64,000 bases of DNA, taken from positions 16,058,001 through 16,122,000 of the forward strand of contig CM106585.1 of the NCBI GenBank assembly GCA_048013815.1, in the 5' to 3' direction. The translations under genes were made by a program, and so were the position numbers. Shown piece after piece: positions 58,662 through 64,000 of this stretch. The notes beneath the pieces were generated by a model. It was not told the origin of the DNA. It searched no databases and was given only the letters and a program-made list of their open reading frames with translations. The stretch is from Setoptus koraiensis. Its lineage: Eukaryota; Animalia; Arthropoda. Position 1 is the first letter of the stretch. Each line of letters opens with the position of its first letter.

Positions 58662-60211
58662 TCAATCCTTGAGGGCCTCTACCAAGGTCTTTGTACATTC
58701 GCCTTCGAAGTGGAAACCTAAATGAAAGCAGGATCATTAGTTTTAGTTTTCACCATCATCATCATCATAATAGCTACTTAGCCATTTTTTATTTACTCAC
58801 CGAAGATACCTGTATTAGGGGTTGACTCTATGTTGAACTCGGCAACAGGCACGCCTCTAAAATTGTTCGATTGAGATTGAAAAAAAGTGATTAGTCAAAA
58901 GGTTGCTATAAGGCAGGGACCATCTGAATATCAGCATCTTTTGTAGTGCAGTTACCTTGAAGCTACCGCTGGTGCAAACATCGCCGCAGGATAAACTATA
59001 GAACTAGTTCCGATCTGGTCACAAATTAAATATTGCATCATTGAATGATGAGTTATGTAATTAAATATTGTCGAGGATGGAAAGTTAGTGACACCAGTAA
59101 AAAATCTCACTTACCACTAGGCATAGATCACAACCTTCAAGCTCTTTCTGAGCTTCTTCGAGAACCGATGGATCCAAGGCCTCTCCGAACCATACGACAG
59201 CAGGTCTATGCGAAACGAATTAATATGTTGAGTTATGCTTTCAATAGGGGGCAGTGACAAATAGCTAGACTTTATATGTGTCTCAAGTTCAAAACTCACC
59301 TAAGTAAACCTACGCTACATTTCTTGCATGTGGGTAGCTCTTTGATAGGTATATTGACCGGAGGTTCGCTATCATCGAACTCTGTCTCTCTCAGTTTAGG
59401 TGCGATGGGCGAATCATAATTCTCTGCTACATCGCCACAGGAAGTACACCTAGTCTTGAATAGAGTTCCATGTAATTCTAGAACGTTTTCGCTACCGGCT
59501 TTCTTGTGCAGTTCATCGATATTTTGCGTTACAATTACAAATCTCTTATTTTCTTGCTTAAACCTCTTCTCCACATCTGCTAATGCATGATGAGCAGCGT
59601 TGGGTGATCTGGACATGACTAACTCTCTGCGGTAGCTTTGGGGGCAAATAGGATCAAAAGAATTTTAGCAATTCATGTTGCATGTAGTAAAGTGATCGCT
59701 TGCCATAGATAAATCTACTTACTGGTAAAACTGCCACACAAGAGAAGGATTACTAGTGAAAGCTTCGTTGGTAGCGAGCTTCATGGGTTCATATCGCCTC
59801 CAGAAGCCGGCTGGTCCTCGAAATGTTGGGATGCCACTCTCAGCGCTAAACGTATGATGAGAATAGAAGCGAGTAAAATTCTAGTTAGCATATAGAATTG
59901 TCAGCTATCGAATTCTTCTACCCTACTGGTGCATATTAGGGTTAAGTTGAGATATTAGGTTCCAATTGGGACACTTGTTACCTTACGCCCGAGCCCGTTA
60001 AAGCGACAACATGTTTGGCTTTAGCGAATGCTTTCTTGAACTCGCTCATACTTGACGATGGCCTGTTTTGGGGTTTCATCATGGCTAATCCTGATTGTGT
60101 AACCCCGCCTAAACGATGTGAATTCGAGAACAATGAGTCAGGTGAAATTCTACAATATTTTTGTATGCTCGCCCCGATCGATTTGAATGCGCATGTTGGT
60201 GTCAAAGCCAT
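58662..60211 (-). CDS. SIRT5: NAD-dependent protein deacylase sirtuin-5; complement(join(58662..58717,58801..58856,58956..59014,59115..59205,59300..59635,59723..59845,59982..60211)), 316 aa (273 aa if the start is 60082)
   Basis: [28 protein letters not shown]|[15 protein letters not shown]|YRRE (succinyl-specificity Tyr/Arg), [12 protein letters not shown], CxxC...CxxC, LLR|[13 protein letters not shown]|[25 protein letters not shown]. The exon lengths sum to 951 nt in frame. Confidence 0.93.
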
Positions 60212-61569
60212 TACATTAGATCCAGTGATCCGATTTCCAAAAGATACTGAGCCTGAAAGATTGACGATGGATTTACAATCGTAATAAATTGAATTCGATA
60301 TTTGGTATCGCAAGAGAGCAGATCAAATGTCTTCTTGGACAAACCACCTTGTTGCGGAATGAAAAAGAGCTAATCCTCGGCCCTAACAAGCTTAATAAAC
60401 GAACAACAGCAAACGTTATGAGAAACAACCAGTAGATGGCGCCAGAAAATCATGAGAATCAACTGTCACGGATTGGCCTAATTCTTAGAATGTAACAGAT
60501 ACAGATTATTCCATGGAATTTTGTCTCTTTTGAAGTTGCTTTCATTTACTTGTCAGTGGTGTGTTTCTTTTCGAGGTTCGGAATGGGCTCTCCCATGTGT
60601 TCAGACGTGAGTTTGATACGATAACGTCAATCTAAAGATGCACATTGATGGTGTCTAGAGGTATTTCTAAGTTGGAAATTCTAATCATACCCTATTTACA
60701 AACTCAACAATGCGCTGCGCAGCTTTTCCATTTAAGCTTCATATTGAGAAATTCTCTTTTTTAAATAAATCAATGATCTCCCGTGTAGAATACCCTAGTT
60801 TGTCAAGCTGCTCGACCCGCCTCTAACTCAATCGAGTTTAGTTAGTTCATCTTGAACTTCAAGGGGGTAGCCTAGATATAGGGTGTCTCAAAACTCGTTT
60901 TTTTTCATGCTCGCCGTGTACAGGGCTTCTTGGCGCTTCGAATTGTACATTATTTTCGAAATTTTGGCCACTAGGTGGCTCTCAATCGAAGAAAACGTGT
61001 GCAGGAAACCCGCAGGGATCGTTCAGTCTGTGTTTACCAGCACAGGTGAGGTGACTCTCTTTACTATGCGAGATCCAGCCCTCTAGGGGCTAGTACTAGA
61101 ACGACAGAGACCTTCAGAGAGAGGCTGCAATATTAACTTTTGAAACGCCCTGTATCTGGGCTACATCAGAAAATGTATCAAAATAATGACAGAAAAAAGT
61201 ACTAACAGATAGAGCACGCAACTCATCGTCTGCGTCAGGCGACAGATTCTTATCAGCCTCCAGAAACGATCGAAATTTCATGAAGTAATCTGATGTATGC
61301 AGAAGACGGATACAATTAATGTCTAGAGAAAGCGGTATGTTTGAAGCACTAATGATATTAGACATCAATGAGAATGATAACCTAAATGAGTCCACAGAGA
61401 GGGCATTTTGTAAGAATTTATCTGGTAGTATTTACATTCATTAGATAGAAGGTATCAATTGTTTGAAGAAAACACCGCCTACAAAAGTGACTATTCTCTG
61501 TACGTTTTGATCCATATATCTCTTTTAATGATCTTCAATTAGTTATGGGGCAGGACTTTGTCGCTGAGG

Positions 61570-62844
61570 CTATTTTTGTTGTTGTCGCTTTTTCTTTTTT
61601 GTTTTAAAGAACCAACAGCATTTCGTTTCAGAAACGACATCAACATCAACTGCATTGATAGGGGTATTCGACCGTCCAGTCGCTGGATCATCGGCCGTTA
61701 AATCACCATTGGTCGAGCTCACTACTTGCACGGAACCTAGCATTTTTAGGGTAGATCGCGGATGATTCAAATTGCCAGAAGGCCGCGCTGACGGGTCTAT
61801 AGATGAGGTCTGTTTACTACGTCGATTATCGTTATTGTATGGATCTGGTTGGCGCTTATTGAGTTGTAACGCTCCTGGAGTGGACGATGATGTAGAACCG
61901 ACTTGGCAGTCATGCTTGATAGACCAATCAAATTCACCATCATCTGCATAATTTTCGCGATGGAACAAATCTTCAAACAATTTCCTAAGATAATCATAAT
62001 CAGGTTCTTCAAAAAAATCCAACCTTCTAACGTATCTTAAATAAGTGGCAAATTCTTCTGGATAACCTTCACAAAGTACGTCAATTGATGTAGTTCGTTT
62101 TGTGTCACCGATTTTCTGATATCTTTCTTTTAATGTCTCGGCCTTTAAACCTTGCCAAGGGAGACTACCCCGTAAAAAATACATAAACATATGACCAATG
62201 GCCTCTAGATCATCACGACGGCTTTGTTCAATTCCCATATGCGTATTGACACTCATATATCGAGCTGTGCCAGTCAAGCTTTTGTGCTCTCTGTAGGGTA
62301 TGTGTTTGCTAGTTTCTGAGTCTATAAATTCCTTAGCAAGACCGAAATCAATAATATGTAATGTATTTTGTTTTTTTGAATTGGGCTTGCCTAATAGAAA
62401 ATTTTCCGGTTTAATATCTCTATAAATGAGATGCTTCTTATGTAGATATTCTATTCGTGCCAATATCTGCAGCGCAATTTGGATTACTGTCTTTATGGAA
62501 AATTGTCTGTCACATAAATCAAACATATCTTCTAGGCTTGGTCCCAATAATTCCAAAACTAATGCATTATATTTGTTACAAGGTCCAAAATAATGTATTT
62601 TAGGTACACCTTCGGTATTTCCTAAAAGTTTATAAAATCTATACTCTAAATGTAGTTGTGGTGCCTTAGTTTTCATGGCCTCCAATTTGATTGCAACGTG
62701 TTCCCCCGTGTACATATTCTTGCCTAGTCTGATCTCTCCAAAATTGCCAGCACCAATTTTTTTGCCAACCTTAAAGTTCGGTCCCACCATCATCACATTG
62801 GCGGTGCTTGAACCAGAGGATGATGACCTCGGTTGTGAGTTCAT
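61570..62844 (-). CDS. CSNK1G: Casein kinase I gamma (gilgamesh orthologue), intronless, 424 aa
   Basis: [79 protein letters not shown], and the C-terminal palmitoylation motif TKCCWFF. Confidence 0.97.
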   Translation of the reverse strand: MNSQPRSSSSGSSTANVMMVGPNFKVGKKIGAGNFGEIRLGKNMYTGEHVAIKLEAMKTKAPQLHLEYRFYKLLGNTEGVPKIHYFGPCNKYNALVLELLGPSLEDMFDLCDRQFSIKTVIQIALQILARIEYLHKKHLIYRDIKPENFLLGKPNSKKQNTLHIIDFGLAKEFIDSETSKHIPYREHKSLTGTARYMSVNTHMGIEQSRRDDLEAIGHMFMYFLRGSLPWQGLKAETLKERYQKIGDTKRTTSIDVLCEGYPEEFATYLRYVRRLDFFEEPDYDYLRKLFEDLFHRENYADDGEFDWSIKHDCQVGSTSSSTPGALQLNKRQPDPYNNDNRRSKQTSSIDPSARPSGNLNHPRSTLKMLGSVQVVSSTNGDLTADDPATGRSNTPINAVDVDVVSETKCCWFFKTKKKKRQQQK

Positions 62845-63859
62845 TTTTGATTCCTACTATCACTAGGGCCCAAATACTAATAAATGTGTGGGGTTTATCT
62901 AATAATGGCGATACTATTGTTGCTGTTGTTGTTGTGGTCGTCTATTTACGGCTAATAGTTATGAATGCCTTGGTGTAGGTAAAGTACAATTAATAATTAG
63001 TATAATAAAAGATGGTATAAATGAGACTATACAAATAAGAACGTTGATGATTAATAGTAATAATAATAAGAATGATGATAACCAATAATAATGATGATAA
63101 TAATAATTTAGCAGCGATGGCAATAATAAAATTAGTGGTGCTGTCGGCTAATAGGAATATAATAATGATGATAATAATAATAATAATAATAATAAAAATG
63201 ATACAAATACACACTCACACAGTCGCAGGCAGACACACAAACACAGAATACAGATTCTGTATACTGAGGAATGGCGCTGATGGTGGTGCTGGTGGTAGTA
63301 GTAGTAGAGGTGGTGGTGGTGGTGGTGGTGGTGTAGTTGTTGTGGTGGCGCTAGCTGAAGTAGGGATGTGGTTGAAGATGATGACAAAGAGTGATGGCAA
63401 AGTTAGGATGAAAACATCAAGAGGTGACTAATTTAGATAATGCTCTCTATATTCCCTTCAAATATCAATCACTGATTATACTCTCCCTGTCTCTCCCTCT
63501 CTGTCTACACTGATTGTTTGTCTCTGCATGCCTGGGTGTTATCTCTATCTTCTTTTTATGTCTGTATTTCTCTCTTCAGTTATACAGTGGTCATGAACAT
63601 ATTATCCATCATGCTATAGTTTTGTGGGATGAATTAAATTCGACCATAGAATGCTTAGACGTCTTCATGGACGTCGGTCAAATTTTGATATATGCCCATC
63701 TTGATATGCACATATTAATGCAGACTCACATAACATTCAATTGTCTAGGGAACAGTTTTTCTGCCAAAATAATTGTGTAAATAAGTTCGCATCAACCTAT
63801 TCGTTAAGCTCAATCGGTATTGCTATATTTAACGAAAAATCTGCCTTGGCCGAACACCG

Positions 63860-63974
<115 letters not shown>

Positions 63975-64000
63975 CATTGTGCCCGTTTGCCTGTGTGTGT

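Noticed and set aside
60300-61500. ORFs 60883-61086 and 61114-61395
   Set aside because: Short, with no domain; plausible CK1-gamma 3'UTR and SIRT5 upstream region.

Overview
Eukaryotic genomic DNA from a very compact arthropod genome. The gene content, short 83-157 bp introns, many intronless housekeeping genes and CAA/GTT microsatellites suggest an acariform mite, which is an inference. There are two kinds of compartment. (i) Gene-dense, AT-rich blocks: BTB protein and GMPPB (2.2-4.0 kb), BLM-type RecQ (15.9-18.2 kb), and PNPT1, eIF3g, COX17, a RING-TM protein, a secreted Cys-rich protein, an orphan membrane protein, IDH3A, SIRT5 and CK1-gamma (44.8-62.8 kb). (ii) Two large, repeat-laden loci: FoxP with about 9 kb of microsatellite-rich upstream DNA, and a three-exon gene I reassembled by hand (22289-44666). 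That gene encodes a ~5,140 aa, signal-peptide-bearing, apparently cysteine-free disordered protein. Top observation: PNPT1 and eIF3g sit head-to-head on an imperfect ~576 bp palindrome (47071-47646). They share 12 nt of 5'UTR and their first 15 codons at 52/57 nt identity. The mitochondrial presequence and promoter of PNPase therefore appear to have been built from an inverted copy of the eIF3g 5' end. Gene symbols come from my recognition of conserved motifs, and no database searches were run.
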